From Candidatus Aenigmatarchaeota archaeon (GTDB taxonomy: Archaea > Aenigmatarchaeota > Aenigmatarchaeia > QMZP01 > QMZT01), in NCBI GenBank assembly GCA_026397315.1, contig JAPLVC010000003.1, positions 1-64,000 of the forward strand: a stretch of DNA of 64,000 bases, written 5' to 3'. The position numbers were made by a program, and so were the translations under genes. Below are positions 48,547 through 58,388 of this stretch, piece after piece. Position 1 is the first letter of the stretch. Each line of letters opens with the position of its first letter. The notes under the pieces were generated by a model, which was not told the origin of the DNA, did no database searches, and was given only the letters and a program-made list of their open reading frames with translations.

Positions 48547-48586
48547 GCAAAAAATGGCGCCATATAAAAAATCACTCGAAACAATC

Positions 48587-48743
48587 GCGGGGGTACCCAA
48601 GCGGTCAAAGGGGCTAGAATACCTAAGTTCGCTTCGACTGGTATGGCCAAGTTTAGGTATGGCTAAGTTCAGGCATTGGCTGCAAGGCCGTTGAAATGCC
48701 TAGTGCTTTAGTAGCTTCCAGGGTTCGAATCCCTGCTCCCGCA
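48587..48743 (+). tRNA. tRNA-Leu with introns at 30/31 and 37/38 and two alternative anticodon mini-exons (TAG 48651-48657, CAG 48667-48673)
   Basis: GCGGGGG/CTCCCGC acceptor, CTAG|G-TT(TAG or CAG)G|G-CCTAG, long variable arm, GGTTCGAATCC. Confidence 0.9.
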
Positions 48744-48807
48744 TAACTTTTTCTTTTGTTGTCCGGTCTTTTCCAGATTTATTAATAAACCGGGACATAA
48801 TCTAAAT

Positions 48808-49206
48808 ATGGCAGTTTTCGGCAAATCGCCAGACGAGAAACAGGAAAGGATAATGGTGGACCTGATAAACAGGGTCAACGAGAACGTCCAGCGATTGAGG
48901 GTCATAGAGCAAAAGATGCAGGCGGCCGACCTCAGGATAAACTCGGCCGAGCAGAACGTCGTTTCTTACACCAAGAACATGCAGAAGGAGCTCTCGGACA
49001 AGAATACAACCATTTCCCAGATAGATGAGAGGATAGAGAAGATAGAGATCGCATACATGGAGATTCTCAAGCAGCTAAAGCTCGTCGCCACCAGGGCGAA
49101 TCTCGATGAACTTAAGCAACTCGTTTCGATATACGACCCGATGAAATCGAGTTTCGTCACCAAGGAAGAGATGGAAAGGTTTGTCGAGGAAAAGCTTTCA
49201 AAATAG
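48808..49206 (+). CDS. coiled-coil protein
   Basis: heptads; RLR..E, DP...FVT.EE tail. Confidence 0.75.
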   Translation: MAVFGKSPDEKQERIMVDLINRVNENVQRLRVIEQKMQAADLRINSAEQNVVSYTKNMQKELSDKNTTISQIDERIEKIEIAYMEILKQLKLVATRANLDELKQLVSIYDPMKSSFVTKEEMERFVEEKLSK

Positions 49207-49244
49207 TATTTTAAGAGGATGCTACAAAGAATATAATAGACGGG

Positions 49245-50111
49245 GTGTTCGCAGTGAATCTTAATCCTTTTGGCGGCAAAAAAAAGAGTAAAGGCCCACC
49301 GGGCATGGGTGACGAAGCTTTCGGTCCGCCGGCTCATGCGAGAGGTCCTCCGGAAAGGCGCATCGTACCCACCGATGAAGTGAGGGCATGGTCGTCGAGG
49401 GGGATGTCGGAACCCGACATAATAAGGAACCTGCGAAGGGAGGGCTATGCCACGGGCGAGATAGACCAAGCCATGAAGGAGGCGCTGCGCAGCAGGGTCT
49501 CAGGCAACTTCTACAACAACAAACCCATGGTCAACGAATACGGCGAGGCGTCGCTGGGGCCTCCGCCGGAAGAGGCGCCTGAAAGGGAAGACATACCCAA
49601 GGGCCTCGGCTACCCCGGAGCCGACATGGACGATGATGACATAACGCCGCCGCCTTATGATTCTCCAGCAGAGCAGCAGAGAGAGCCGCAATACCCTGAC
49701 ATGCCTGAAGGCGACTACTTCAACGAGCCTGCCCCAAGAAGGCCCGCTCCGGCCATGAGAGGCCCGACGAGGGGGGTTGACAGGCGCGAAATCGAAGAAC
49801 TAGCGGAAGTCATAGTCGAGGAGAAGCTGCGCGAACTAAAGGAGCACTTCAAGGCGATAGACATGCAGTTCCAGCAGGTGACCAGGAAAGTCGACTCGAT
49901 TTCGGATGAGATGAACAGGGTGCGCATGGAAAAGAGCAACGAAGTGAAAGGCATCGAGGGCAAGATAGACGGCTACTCCAGGAACATGGACGAGATCAAC
50001 GGCCGGATGGAATCGATGGAGAAGGCGCTTAAAGACTCGTTGTCACCGATGCTCGAATCGATGCGCTCGCTGGCGGATCTCGTAAAGAGCATGAAGGAAA
50101 AAAGCAAATAG
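49245..50111 (+). CDS. Pro-rich + coiled-coil protein
   Basis: G.SE.DI..L..EGY...EID.A N-terminal motif; EELAE.IVEEK coiled coil. Confidence 0.75.
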   Translation: MFAVNLNPFGGKKKSKGPPGMGDEAFGPPAHARGPPERRIVPTDEVRAWSSRGMSEPDIIRNLRREGYATGEIDQAMKEALRSRVSGNFYNNKPMVNEYGEASLGPPPEEAPEREDIPKGLGYPGADMDDDDITPPPYDSPAEQQREPQYPDMPEGDYFNEPAPRRPAPAMRGPTRGVDRREIEELAEVIVEEKLRELKEHFKAIDMQFQQVTRKVDSISDEMNRVRMEKSNEVKGIEGKIDGYSRNMDEINGRMESMEKALKDSLSPMLESMRSLADLVKSMKEKSK

Positions 50112-50113
50112 TT

Positions 50114-51058
50114 TTATTGCGGCTTATTGTCTTCTTTTGTCCACTTCTTTATTTTCAGCGTTATCTTGTTGGTCCTGCCCATGCTTTCCACGTCGACGAC
50201 TTCGCGCTCCTTCAGGTCGGCGATTATTCTCGAAACCTTGGCCTTCGAGAAATCGCTTTCGCGCACGATGATCTTCTGGTTGACGGTGTCGCCGTGCTTT
50301 CTCAGGATGTCGACGATCATCTTCTCGTCCCTCTTGAGCAGAGGCATGACGACTTTCACAGAGTCCTGCCTGCGGATCGAGCGCACGTAATACATGCCCA
50401 GCGACGCTATTATCACGACCGCTATCACGACCATTATGCCCACGCCGTAAACGCCCATCATGTTGGTGGCCGCTGTCCTGTAGGTCGCGGAGAAATATAG
50501 GTCATCGCCAGCCTCGACGTTCTCCTTGTCCCAGTAGACCATTATGTGCTTGCCGTCGCTGAGAGTCTTGCCGTTGCGCGGCGAGAAAGACTCGTTGGAC
50601 ACGTCTGTAGCGAGCGTCGACGACGTCGGCAGGTAAATAACGTTGAAGAACCTTTTCGCGTTCGCGTCCATCGAGACGAAATTGGAGAACTGGTAATCGT
50701 CGTTCTTCTTTTCCACGAGGCCTGTCGCCTCGAAAGTTATCCTGACGTTTGCCTGCACGCCCGGCCTGGGGTTTACGAATCTGCACGAAATGAGCGTCGT
50801 GTCCGTGACTTTCGTCTGGCAGTCGATTGGAGACTGGTCGGACTCGTAATTGATGTTTAGTGCCCTGTATTTCATATTGTATTCAAAATTGGTGACGTTC
50901 TGGTCCATTGTAAGCGTAACAACATTCGAAACGGTCGTATCGTCCTGAATGCGGCTCTCTATGCCATAGTATTCAAGGTTTAAAGCATTTACCGGCGCGA
51001 TGAAACAATTAAGAGCAAGAATGAACAATATCATGCCTGAGATTTTACTGAATTTCAT
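50114..51058 (-). CDS. membrane-anchored protein with C-terminal winged HTH
   Basis: signal peptide, TM, Q..IV...FSKAKVSR...L..R....GRTN. Confidence 0.85.
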   Translation of the reverse strand: MKFSKISGMILFILALNCFIAPVNALNLEYYGIESRIQDDTTVSNVVTLTMDQNVTNFEYNMKYRALNINYESDQSPIDCQTKVTDTTLISCRFVNPRPGVQANVRITFEATGLVEKKNDDYQFSNFVSMDANAKRFFNVIYLPTSSTLATDVSNESFSPRNGKTLSDGKHIMVYWDKENVEAGDDLYFSATYRTAATNMMGVYGVGIMVVIAVVIIASLGMYYVRSIRRQDSVKVVMPLLKRDEKMIVDILRKHGDTVNQKIIVRESDFSKAKVSRIIADLKEREVVDVESMGRTNKITLKIKKWTKEDNKPQ

Positions 51059-51127
51059 ATAGAATATATTGGTTCAAATGGGTTTAAAAAAGCAGAAAAA
51101 TGCCCTGCGATAAAGCCGATGCGTGAC

Positions 51128-51379
51128 TTAAAGGCTTCTCGAAATCTCGACGGTTTCGGCGTTCTGCACGCCGCTGATTTTCGCAAGCTTCTCTTCCATG
51201 GCCGGAAGCGTCCCCTCTGCGTCGGGTATTATTATTGTGAACTTCCACGCCTTGATGCCGAAGGCAAGCGGCTCCTCTTCGAGGCGCTGCGGCTTGAGCT
51301 TCTCCAGCTCGTGCTTAAGTTTCTCGAAATGAATCATGTCATCCGGCGTTATCCTGAAAACAACGATTACGTCTCCCAT
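51128..51379 (-). CDS. ef1b: elongation factor 1-beta
   Basis: EEEPLAFGIKA, PD.EG, E.V..SR. Confidence 0.93.
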   Translation of the reverse strand: MGDVIVVFRITPDDMIHFEKLKHELEKLKPQRLEEEPLAFGIKAWKFTIIIPDAEGTLPAMEEKLAKISGVQNAETVEISRSL

Positions 51380-51435
51380 TTGAAACACCTCACAAGTATA
51401 ATAAAATCATAAAATCCGAATTCAGGCGCGAGCGT

Positions 51436-51621
51436 TTAAGGGCCCTTGAAACTGCAGTTCGAGCACTCGTAAACGTTCATGAGGCTCCTGCACTTCTCGC
51501 ACCTTATTATCTTTGCCTTGCCGCAGCCGGGGCACTCGAATTGGACCCAGTTCTTCTGGTTCTCTATCCTGACGCCGCAGCTTGAGCATTTCATTGAATC
51601 GGCACTGGTTTCGCTTTTCAT
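51436..51621 (-). CDS. zinc-ribbon protein (DUF1610/HVO_2753 family)
   Basis: CSSCG, F.CP.CG...I.RC.KCR, Y.C..C.F.GP; upstream of EF-1beta. Confidence 0.9.
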   Translation of the reverse strand: MKSETSADSMKCSSCGVRIENQKNWVQFECPGCGKAKIIRCEKCRSLMNVYECSNCSFKGP

Positions 51622-51759
51622 ATTTTTCCTCTCTGGTCCGGTAACGCTAACCGGTGATTTACAATAATTGTAGGGCGATATATTTAAATACAATACAGCA
51701 TTAATTAGTGTATTAATATGACTGAGCCTTTCGTTATCGAAGGGCGAGGAGGGATGAAT

Positions 51760-52131
51760 ATGGCAAAATTCGTTAAAGTCGAAATCTCAAAGGATCTTAC
51801 GGACAAGATATACGAAGCGATAGAAGCTGCAAGCAGCACGGGCAAGCTGAGAAAAGGCGTCAATGAAACGACCAAGTGCATAGAGCGCGGCATGGCCAAG
51901 ATGGTCATACTCGCGACTGATGTCACACCCGAAGAGGTCGTTATGCATCTTCCCGTGATTTGCAACGAGAAGAAAGTTCTTTGCGTTGAAGTGCCTTCGA
52001 AGCTTGAACTGGGCAAGGCCGCGGGCCTTGAAGTCGGCACCTCGAGCATCGCCATCGAAGAGGTGGGAGACTCGAAGAAGCTCGTCGACGACATAAAGAG
52101 GAAGCTTGAAGGCCACGCTATTCAGGCTTAA
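51760..52131 (+). CDS. rpl7ae: 50S ribosomal protein L7Ae
   Basis: RKGVNETTK.IERG.AK, ELG.AAGL.V. Confidence 0.96.
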   Translation: MAKFVKVEISKDLTDKIYEAIEAASSTGKLRKGVNETTKCIERGMAKMVILATDVTPEEVVMHLPVICNEKKVLCVEVPSKLELGKAAGLEVGTSSIAIEEVGDSKKLVDDIKRKLEGHAIQA

Positions 52132-52142
52132 GAGGATGAACC

Positions 52143-52340
52143 ATGGTAGTTACTGCTGAAATCATTCAGGTATTGGAGAAGCTTGGAGTAAAAGGCGTAA
52201 CCAAAGTCCGCTGCAAAGTCCTTGAAGGCAGGGATAAAGGCAAGGTTCTGATGCGCAACGTCTCCGGCCCGATAAGGAAAGGCGACATCATAATGCTCAA
52301 AGACACCGAGATGGACGCCTCAGGCAGGATGTCCGGTTAA
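52143..52340 (+). CDS. rps28e: 30S ribosomal protein S28e
   Basis: [10 protein letters not shown]....RNV.GP...GDI..L..TE. Confidence 0.93.
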   Translation: MVVTAEIIQVLEKLGVKGVTKVRCKVLEGRDKGKVLMRNVSGPIRKGDIIMLKDTEMDASGRMSG

Positions 52341-52357
52341 GCCAGGAAAGTGAAAAC

Positions 52358-52528
52358 ATGAAATGCTCGATGTGCAAGACAAACGTGGCGAGAGGAACGG
52401 GAAAGATGTACGTCCGAAACGATGGTCGGATTTTTTACTTTTGTGGCTCCAAGTGTCATAAGAACTGGAAAATGGGCAGGGCGGAGAAAAACATAAAGTG
52501 GGCCAGCCCAGAGAAAGCCAAGAAGTAA
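52358..52528 (+). CDS. rpl24e: 50S ribosomal protein L24e
   Basis: Manual translation MKCSMC...GTGKMYVRNDG.IFYFCGSKC.KN..MGR....IKW. Confidence 0.93.
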   Translation: MKCSMCKTNVARGTGKMYVRNDGRIFYFCGSKCHKNWKMGRAEKNIKWASPEKAKK

Positions 52529-52574
52529 AATTCCTTACTTTATTTTTCCGTTTTAATCGCGTCAGGCGTCAGTC

Positions 52575-52979
52575 TCACTGTTTGTGCTGCTCTTTTTCTT
52601 CCTTCTTCTCTGCCTTGCTTTTCCCGGCGGCCACGAACTTCTGCAGCCACGTGACCAGGACCAGGATGGCCGTTATGCCCAGCCATAAAAGCAAAAAGCC
52701 CCAGACATGGAAAGCGAGGGACACGACCAGACCCAAACCAGCGAAAACGAAATTCTGGAAAATGAACACCTCTTTGCGGTAGCTGATGTTAGTGTCTATG
52801 AAAAGTATGATGCCGGCGGCTATCAGCGCGAGGCAGGAGAAGAAAGATACGATGTTATCCGTTGCCGTGATAGTTATAATGAGATAAATGAATGCGGATG
52901 TGACCAGGCTGCCCGTAAGGAAGCATTTCCAAGCCTGCTTTTTGTCGGCCACGCGGCCCGGGTTGTACATCATCCTCAT
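52575..52979 (-). CDS. four-TM membrane protein
   Basis: hydrophobic 134 aa. Confidence 0.7.
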   Translation of the reverse strand: MRMMYNPGRVADKKQAWKCFLTGSLVTSAFIYLIITITATDNIVSFFSCLALIAAGIILFIDTNISYRKEVFIFQNFVFAGLGLVVSLAFHVWGFLLLWLGITAILVLVTWLQKFVAAGKSKAEKKEEKEQHKQ

Positions 52980-53050
52980 GTTAAATAATTAAGCGGGGAA
53001 TTTTAAAAACCAATTTCCCCTTTTGAAACCAGAGTTTTCGCTGACAGCGC

Positions 53051-55480
53051 CTATTCGAGATAGTCAGTGTCCTCTTTTTTGCTGCCTTTCTTCATCTCCA
53101 TGCCCCTGCTCCTGAAGCTCTCGATTATCTTCTCGTAGTAGCGGAGCATGTCAGGCGTTATGGACGGCCTTGAGTTTCTCAGCGCCTCGTCGAAATGCTT
53201 TTTGGTCACGAAGTATTCTTCCTTATTATCGGCGGGCTTCTCCGTTTTCGCTTTCTTCGTCTTTGCATTCGCTGCGCTTGGCGTCGCCGGCTTCTCCTTC
53301 GCCATTATCTCCCTTATGGCGTTTATGCCGGCTTCCCTCACTAACGCTTCGAGATCCGCGCCTGAATAACCGTCGGTCAGTTTCGCGAACTTCTTCAGGT
53401 CGACGTCCTTCATCTTCATTTTTTTGGTGTGTATCTTGAGCACCTCGAGCCTCGATTTCTCGTCAGGCGCTGGAACGAGAACCTGCCTGTCGAAACGGCC
53501 AGGCCTCAAAAGCGCGGGGTCGAGTATGTCCGGCCTGTTCGTCGCGCCTATCACGACGACGTTGTGCATCTCTTCCACGCCGGACATGTGGGTGAGGATC
53601 TGCGACACCACGTTCTCTGCCACGCGCGTGCCCATGTCGAGGCCGCGCCTCGGCACGAGCGCGTCCATCTCGTCGAAGAAGATGATGCTCGGCGCGACCT
53701 GTTTCGCCCTCTTGAATATCTCGCGTATGTGCTTCTCGCTCTCGCCGACCCATTTGCTCAGCACTTCGGGTCCGCGAACCGATATGAAGTTCGCGCCGCT
53801 TTCGGAAGCGACAGCCTTCGCTAGCAGCGTCTTTCCCGTGCCCGGCGGGCCGTAGAGCAGTATGCCTTTCGGAGGCGAGACTCCGATGTTCGTGAAGACT
53901 TCAGGGTTTTTGAGCGGCCACTCGATTATCTCTTTCAGCGACTGCTTCACCCCTTCGAGGCCTCCGATGTCGTTCCATTTCACATTCGGGATTTCTATCA
54001 TCACTTCACGCATGCCGGACGGCTCGACCATCTTAAGGCCGTTCTCGAAGTCCTTCTTGCTGACCTTCAGTTTCTTGAGCACGTCCTGCGGGATTTCCTC
54101 TTCCTTCCTCCAGGTTATCTGGGGAAGAATGCGCTTCAGCGCGGACATCGCAGCCTCTTTAGCGAGCGCTTCCAAATCGGCGCCGACAAAGCCGTATGTC
54201 CTGCCTGCAAGGAAGTCCAGGTCGACGTCGGGCTCGAGCGGCATGTTTCTCGTGTGTATCTGCAGGATTTCTTTGCGTCCTCTAGCGTCCGGAACGCCTA
54301 TCTCTATCTCGCGATCGAAGCGCCCGGGCCTCCTGAGGGCAGGGTCGAGTGAGTTGGGTATGTTGGTTGCGGCAATGACAATAACCTTGCCTCTCGCTTT
54401 AAGACCATCCATGAGCGCAAGCAACTGTGACACAGTGCGCTTCTCCACCTCGCCCGTCACCTCTTCCCTCTTAGGAGCTATGGCGTCAATTTCATCTATG
54501 AATACTATCGACGGCGCGTTCTTTTCGGCTTCCTCGAAAAGCTTGCGCAGGTTTTCTTCCGTTTGTCCGTACCACTTGCTCATTATCTCGGGTCCGGCAA
54601 TCGAATAGAAATTCGCGCCGCTCTCGTTAGCTACCGCCTTCGCTAGCAGCGTTTTACCAGTGCCCGTTGGGCCGTATAACAAAACGCCTTTCGGCGGGTC
54701 GATGCCTAAGCGCACGAAAAGCTCCGGATGTCGTAGCGGCAGCTCGACCATCTCCCTTATCTTGACCAGCGTGTCGTGCAGGCCGCCTATGTCCTCGTAG
54801 GTGATCGTAGGCACCCTGCCCGCTGCTTCGAGATCGACTGCTTCTTTGCGCAGCTCTATCTGCGTCGTTGGAGCTATCTTGACTATGCCCTCCGGCTGCG
54901 TCGCAACTATTGCCAGTCTCGTCTCGCTCTGCATGGGGATGAAAGACGAGAAGTCGCCTCCCTGGATGTTTATACCCATGCTCCTGAAAATGTCGAAAAA
55001 AGGATCCATCCCATTGTCACCGAACGGGCTTCCCTGCCTTTGACGGCCGCGCGAAGCCGGCGATGGTGATATCACGTCGCCTTTCGTCAGCGGCCTGCCC
55101 ATAAGGTTCTGCCTGAGCAGGTCAGCGACGCCCTGGGATATTTCCAGCACTTCGTCTTTCTGCGCGGGCGCGATGACGACTTTCTTCGCCTCTTTGACGT
55201 CGGCTTTTGCGATTTTGACCGTTTCTCCCACGCCAACGCCGATGTTCGTCCTGGTTATGCCGTCCATGCGGACCAGGCTGAGGCCGATGTCAGCAGGGTA
55301 AGCGCGCACGGCGATAGCCCCGGTCTTCTTCTTGCCCTGGAGCTCGATGACGTCGCCCTCTCGTATGCCGAGCTCGTTCATCATCTTGGACTCCAGCCTT
55401 ACCATGCTCATGCCCGACTCGCTCCTGTCGGTCAGCTCTCCCACCCTCAGCGATATATCTTTCTCTGCCATGAAAATCAC
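53051..55480 (-). CDS. cdc48: CDC48/VCP family AAA+ ATPase
   Basis: N-domain; two AAA modules [27 protein letters not shown]. Confidence 0.96.
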   Translation of the reverse strand: MIFMAEKDISLRVGELTDRSESGMSMVRLESKMMNELGIREGDVIELQGKKKTGAIAVRAYPADIGLSLVRMDGITRTNIGVGVGETVKIAKADVKEAKKVVIAPAQKDEVLEISQGVADLLRQNLMGRPLTKGDVISPSPASRGRQRQGSPFGDNGMDPFFDIFRSMGINIQGGDFSSFIPMQSETRLAIVATQPEGIVKIAPTTQIELRKEAVDLEAAGRVPTITYEDIGGLHDTLVKIREMVELPLRHPELFVRLGIDPPKGVLLYGPTGTGKTLLAKAVANESGANFYSIAGPEIMSKWYGQTEENLRKLFEEAEKNAPSIVFIDEIDAIAPKREEVTGEVEKRTVSQLLALMDGLKARGKVIVIAATNIPNSLDPALRRPGRFDREIEIGVPDARGRKEILQIHTRNMPLEPDVDLDFLAGRTYGFVGADLEALAKEAAMSALKRILPQITWRKEEEIPQDVLKKLKVSKKDFENGLKMVEPSGMREVMIEIPNVKWNDIGGLEGVKQSLKEIIEWPLKNPEVFTNIGVSPPKGILLYGPPGTGKTLLAKAVASESGANFISVRGPEVLSKWVGESEKHIREIFKRAKQVAPSIIFFDEMDALVPRRGLDMGTRVAENVVSQILTHMSGVEEMHNVVVIGATNRPDILDPALLRPGRFDRQVLVPAPDEKSRLEVLKIHTKKMKMKDVDLKKFAKLTDGYSGADLEALVREAGINAIREIMAKEKPATPSAANAKTKKAKTEKPADNKEEYFVTKKHFDEALRNSRPSITPDMLRYYEKIIESFRSRGMEMKKGSKKEDTDYLE

Positions 55481-55704
55481 CCTCCATAAGGCATTTCCTG
55501 AATGCCTTCAAAAACATCATTAAACGCAGTAGACGCGTTAGCTGCAATGATTGTATATAACAGCTGGTCAGCGTCCTGCACCGGGAATTCGAATTCGCGT
55601 CCCGGCCTCAGCGGGAACGGCCTTTCTGGTCTGTCGCCCGCAGCGGCCTCTAAACCAAAAATCTCAAACGTTCTCATAACATTACCTCCGAACAATTGCG
55701 TCAT
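55477..55704 (-). CDS. small hypothetical protein, translationally coupled to cdc48
   Basis: 4-nt start/stop overlaps with both neighbouring genes. Confidence 0.55.
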   Translation of the reverse strand: MTQLFGGNVMRTFEIFGLEAAAGDRPERPFPLRPGREFEFPVQDADQLLYTIIAANASTAFNDVFEGIQEMPYGG

Positions 55705-55928
55705 TCTCTCTTCTCCTTCCTTATCCTGACTATGATCGAATGGCCGGTCCTGATGATCTCGATTTCCGGCTCGTTTCTGACCATCTGGATTATCTCGACG
55801 TAGCGCCGGACCGTGACGTTATGAATCCCGGTTTTCTCCGATATTGCGTTGAGGCTCATCGCCTCGTTCCTTTGCTTTTCAAGGAGCGTCAGTATCTCCC
55901 TCATTATTTCCAGCGGGTCTCGTTTCAT
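55701..55928 (-). CDS. winged HTH regulator
   Basis: MSLNAISEKTGIHNVTVRRYVE. Confidence 0.8.
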   Translation of the reverse strand: MKRDPLEIMREILTLLEKQRNEAMSLNAISEKTGIHNVTVRRYVEIIQMVRNEPEIEIIRTGHSIIVRIRKEKRE

Positions 55929-56248
55929 ATCCGGTCACGTCAATTTCCAGTTCTAAGTGTTCAGCGTCTCAGTGAATGACTATTATATTTTGATGATGTA
56001 GTTTGATACCATAATGTATAAACTTATACATTAACTGGTATATAAAGGTTACGCATCAGTAGTAGATAGAAATAACTAACGTATTGTCGCCAGAATGTCA
56101 AGATATTCAATATTGCTAACGAAAAGCTTTCATGACTACTTTAGAAATGAATCATGAATCTGCGCTAAAACTTGAAAATTCAACTCAAAAATCACGTGAG
56201 AATTAGTCTTTCATCTGAACAAAAAGCAGCTGCCAGAAGGAAAAATCG

Positions 56249-57838
56249 TCATGGACTATAGTTTATGAAAGCTTCGTAGAACTTCTTCATAAACATCTTG
56301 GCTGTGATGAGCCTGTATTCGACTTGTTCTCCGAACAGATACTGACTCAACATGGCGTTTGTGATAACCCAAAGATTGTATAATAGCGTTGAAAACATGA
56401 AGTAAAAGCAGCGTATCTTGTGATTTTTTGACGTGGTGTTCGGTCGGAACTCATGTTTTTTGACTCTGTATCCAGTTTCTATGTTCCATCTTTTTCCGTA
56501 AAGCCTGAACAGATTGGCGGTATATAACATCAGAGTCGGAAGGTTCGTGATAAAGGCTACGTCCTTTCCTTCATGATCTCTCTTTACGACCAGCTTCGTT
56601 CTGGCTAAATATTTATCGTCGTTGCTTCTCAATTTCATTTCAACGACAGCCGGTGGCGAACTTCTTTTCATGATTCTTAAAACTCTTTTCGTCTTAACGC
56701 CTGGCATCAGATATTTGATTCCCATTTCGTCGAACAGGCTGATGAACTTCGCGGAATAGAAACCCCTGTCGACATAGAAATATCTCGCGTCAACCTTGTT
56801 TTTCGCGTATTCTATAAGCGTTTTTACGGCTTCCCTTTCGTTAGTGAAAACGCCTACGGGCAGAGCCAACAGAGTAAAGTCTCCGTATTTTTCGGCTATC
56901 TTGATTGTGACGAACCTGAATCTTTTGCAAGTTCCGAGCTTGTATTCTCCGCCCACGACCATCTTATCGGTCTTGTCTCCGTAATACAGCCAATCGTGAT
57001 AGTCTATCGCCAAGTCCACGGGACCGCTTAACAATCCTCTTGCTTTGGCAATCTTGTATATCCTCTCGAAAGCAGCCATGAACATTTCTTTAATCTCTTC
57101 AGATTCGAGCTTGGCGAGGTATCCAAGCATGGTTCTCGCATGCGGAACGTTGTCCTTGAACTCTTTCTCGTCTCTCATGAGCTGGTAGCCTTGATTCGCG
57201 AACGTATTGTTGTAAGCGACATAAGCCAGCAGGTCGAGTAAGTTATCTTTGCAATATCTCGCCTTGCAGTTCAGGGGAAGCGCAAGCGTAGGGAAAATCT
57301 CTTCCCTGAGCAGCCTGATTACTTTGGTTCCTTCCTTGTCTACATGTCTTTTGATAGTTTTCTCGCACTTCTTGCCAAGATTTTTATCTTCCGCGAAGTC
57401 GATGTCGAGCAATTTTCCCTCTTCCTTTGCGATTTCCCTTATCCGTTTCGCCATGAAGTCGATTATCGATTCGATTTCATCGTCTATTCTTTCGTTCACC
57501 ATGACGCTGAAGCTTTGCTGACAAGGAAGCGTTCCGTCCTTGTAGCCGAGCAGCTTGGCTTCTTCCGGTCTTCTTTTCAGATGAGAAATCAGCGAACCGA
57601 ACGATTTTATGTCTTTTAGCTCTTTGTAAAGAATCGATTTTATTATGGTGAAAGGGTCATACCTGAGCCTTCGGTCGCCGACCCATGTCTTGTATTTGGT
57701 GAGCAGAAGCTTCTCAAGTGAATACAATTCAACCTTAGAGAGAAGAGCCGCTATCGTGCTTTCTTCTGGTTTAAGCTCCGAAAAAGCTTTTTTAATCTTC
57801 AATTCCAAGTCATTACATGTGGTAGGTGTTGTCTGCAT
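56249..57838 (-). CDS. DDE transposase (ISH3/IS4-like, DDE_Tnp_1) with N-terminal extension
   Basis: LAID, YYG, DRGF, Y.KRWNIETGYR..K, YNLW. Confidence 0.9.
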   Translation of the reverse strand: MQTTPTTCNDLELKIKKAFSELKPEESTIAALLSKVELYSLEKLLLTKYKTWVGDRRLRYDPFTIIKSILYKELKDIKSFGSLISHLKRRPEEAKLLGYKDGTLPCQQSFSVMVNERIDDEIESIIDFMAKRIREIAKEEGKLLDIDFAEDKNLGKKCEKTIKRHVDKEGTKVIRLLREEIFPTLALPLNCKARYCKDNLLDLLAYVAYNNTFANQGYQLMRDEKEFKDNVPHARTMLGYLAKLESEEIKEMFMAAFERIYKIAKARGLLSGPVDLAIDYHDWLYYGDKTDKMVVGGEYKLGTCKRFRFVTIKIAEKYGDFTLLALPVGVFTNEREAVKTLIEYAKNKVDARYFYVDRGFYSAKFISLFDEMGIKYLMPGVKTKRVLRIMKRSSPPAVVEMKLRSNDDKYLARTKLVVKRDHEGKDVAFITNLPTLMLYTANLFRLYGKRWNIETGYRVKKHEFRPNTTSKNHKIRCFYFMFSTLLYNLWVITNAMLSQYLFGEQVEYRLITAKMFMKKFYEAFINYSP

Positions 57839-57893
57839 GGCTTCACTTCCACCCAAAGGGTTAGGGGTCCAATCCAGACCCTTTGGATATTGA

Positions 57894-57965
57894 TGCGGCA
57901 GGCGGGAATCGAACCCGCATCACCCAGTTGGGAACACCGGTGGGTTGCCGTTACCCCACTGCCGC
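57894..57965 (-). tRNA. tRNA-Gly-like gene with aberrant anticodon loop (GT-TCC-CA)
   Basis: GCGGCAG/CTGCCGC-A acceptor, GGGT/ACCC D stem, GCGGG-TTCGATT-CCCGC T arm; G32 and C37 non-canonical. Confidence 0.75.
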
Positions 57966-58120
57966 TTTTTCTTTATAATTCTTCGTCCGATGTACTATTA
58001 ACTTGGATAGCGTATTTATAAAGGTTATCTATTTTTCGTCCTACAAATTATCAAATAAACTTATATATAACTTCGTCCTAACTATTATATATAAATACAA
58101 AATATTAAGGACGAATTATT

Positions 58121-58387
58121 ATGGAAAAAGAACTGACCGATATTGAACGAAAATTTGCAGATGAGTTGATCGAAACATTACCATTGGAACCAGAAATAAA
58201 GAAAAGTTCAGCAGAAGTGCCAATTATTTATGATGGAAGGCAGTATTCTATTAGGATACCAAAGAAATTTGCAGAGGCACTGAAACTTGATCCAAAAAAT
58301 GACAGATTTGAGTTTAATATGGAAATTCCACCTTTTAAGGCTAAAGATAATAAACCGAAATTGATTGGAAAATTGATAAAGGGTTAA
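58121..58387 (+). CDS. AbrB/MazE-like DNA-binding protein
   Basis: YDGRQYSIRIPKKFAEAL.L. Confidence 0.75.
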   Translation: MEKELTDIERKFADELIETLPLEPEIKKSSAEVPIIYDGRQYSIRIPKKFAEALKLDPKNDRFEFNMEIPPFKAKDNKPKLIGKLIKG

Positions 58388-58388
58388 T

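Noticed and set aside
57894-57965. tRNA-Gly as integration (att) site of the island
   Set aside because: No duplicated tRNA 3' fragment seen, no integrase, and the gene lies internal to the AT-rich segment
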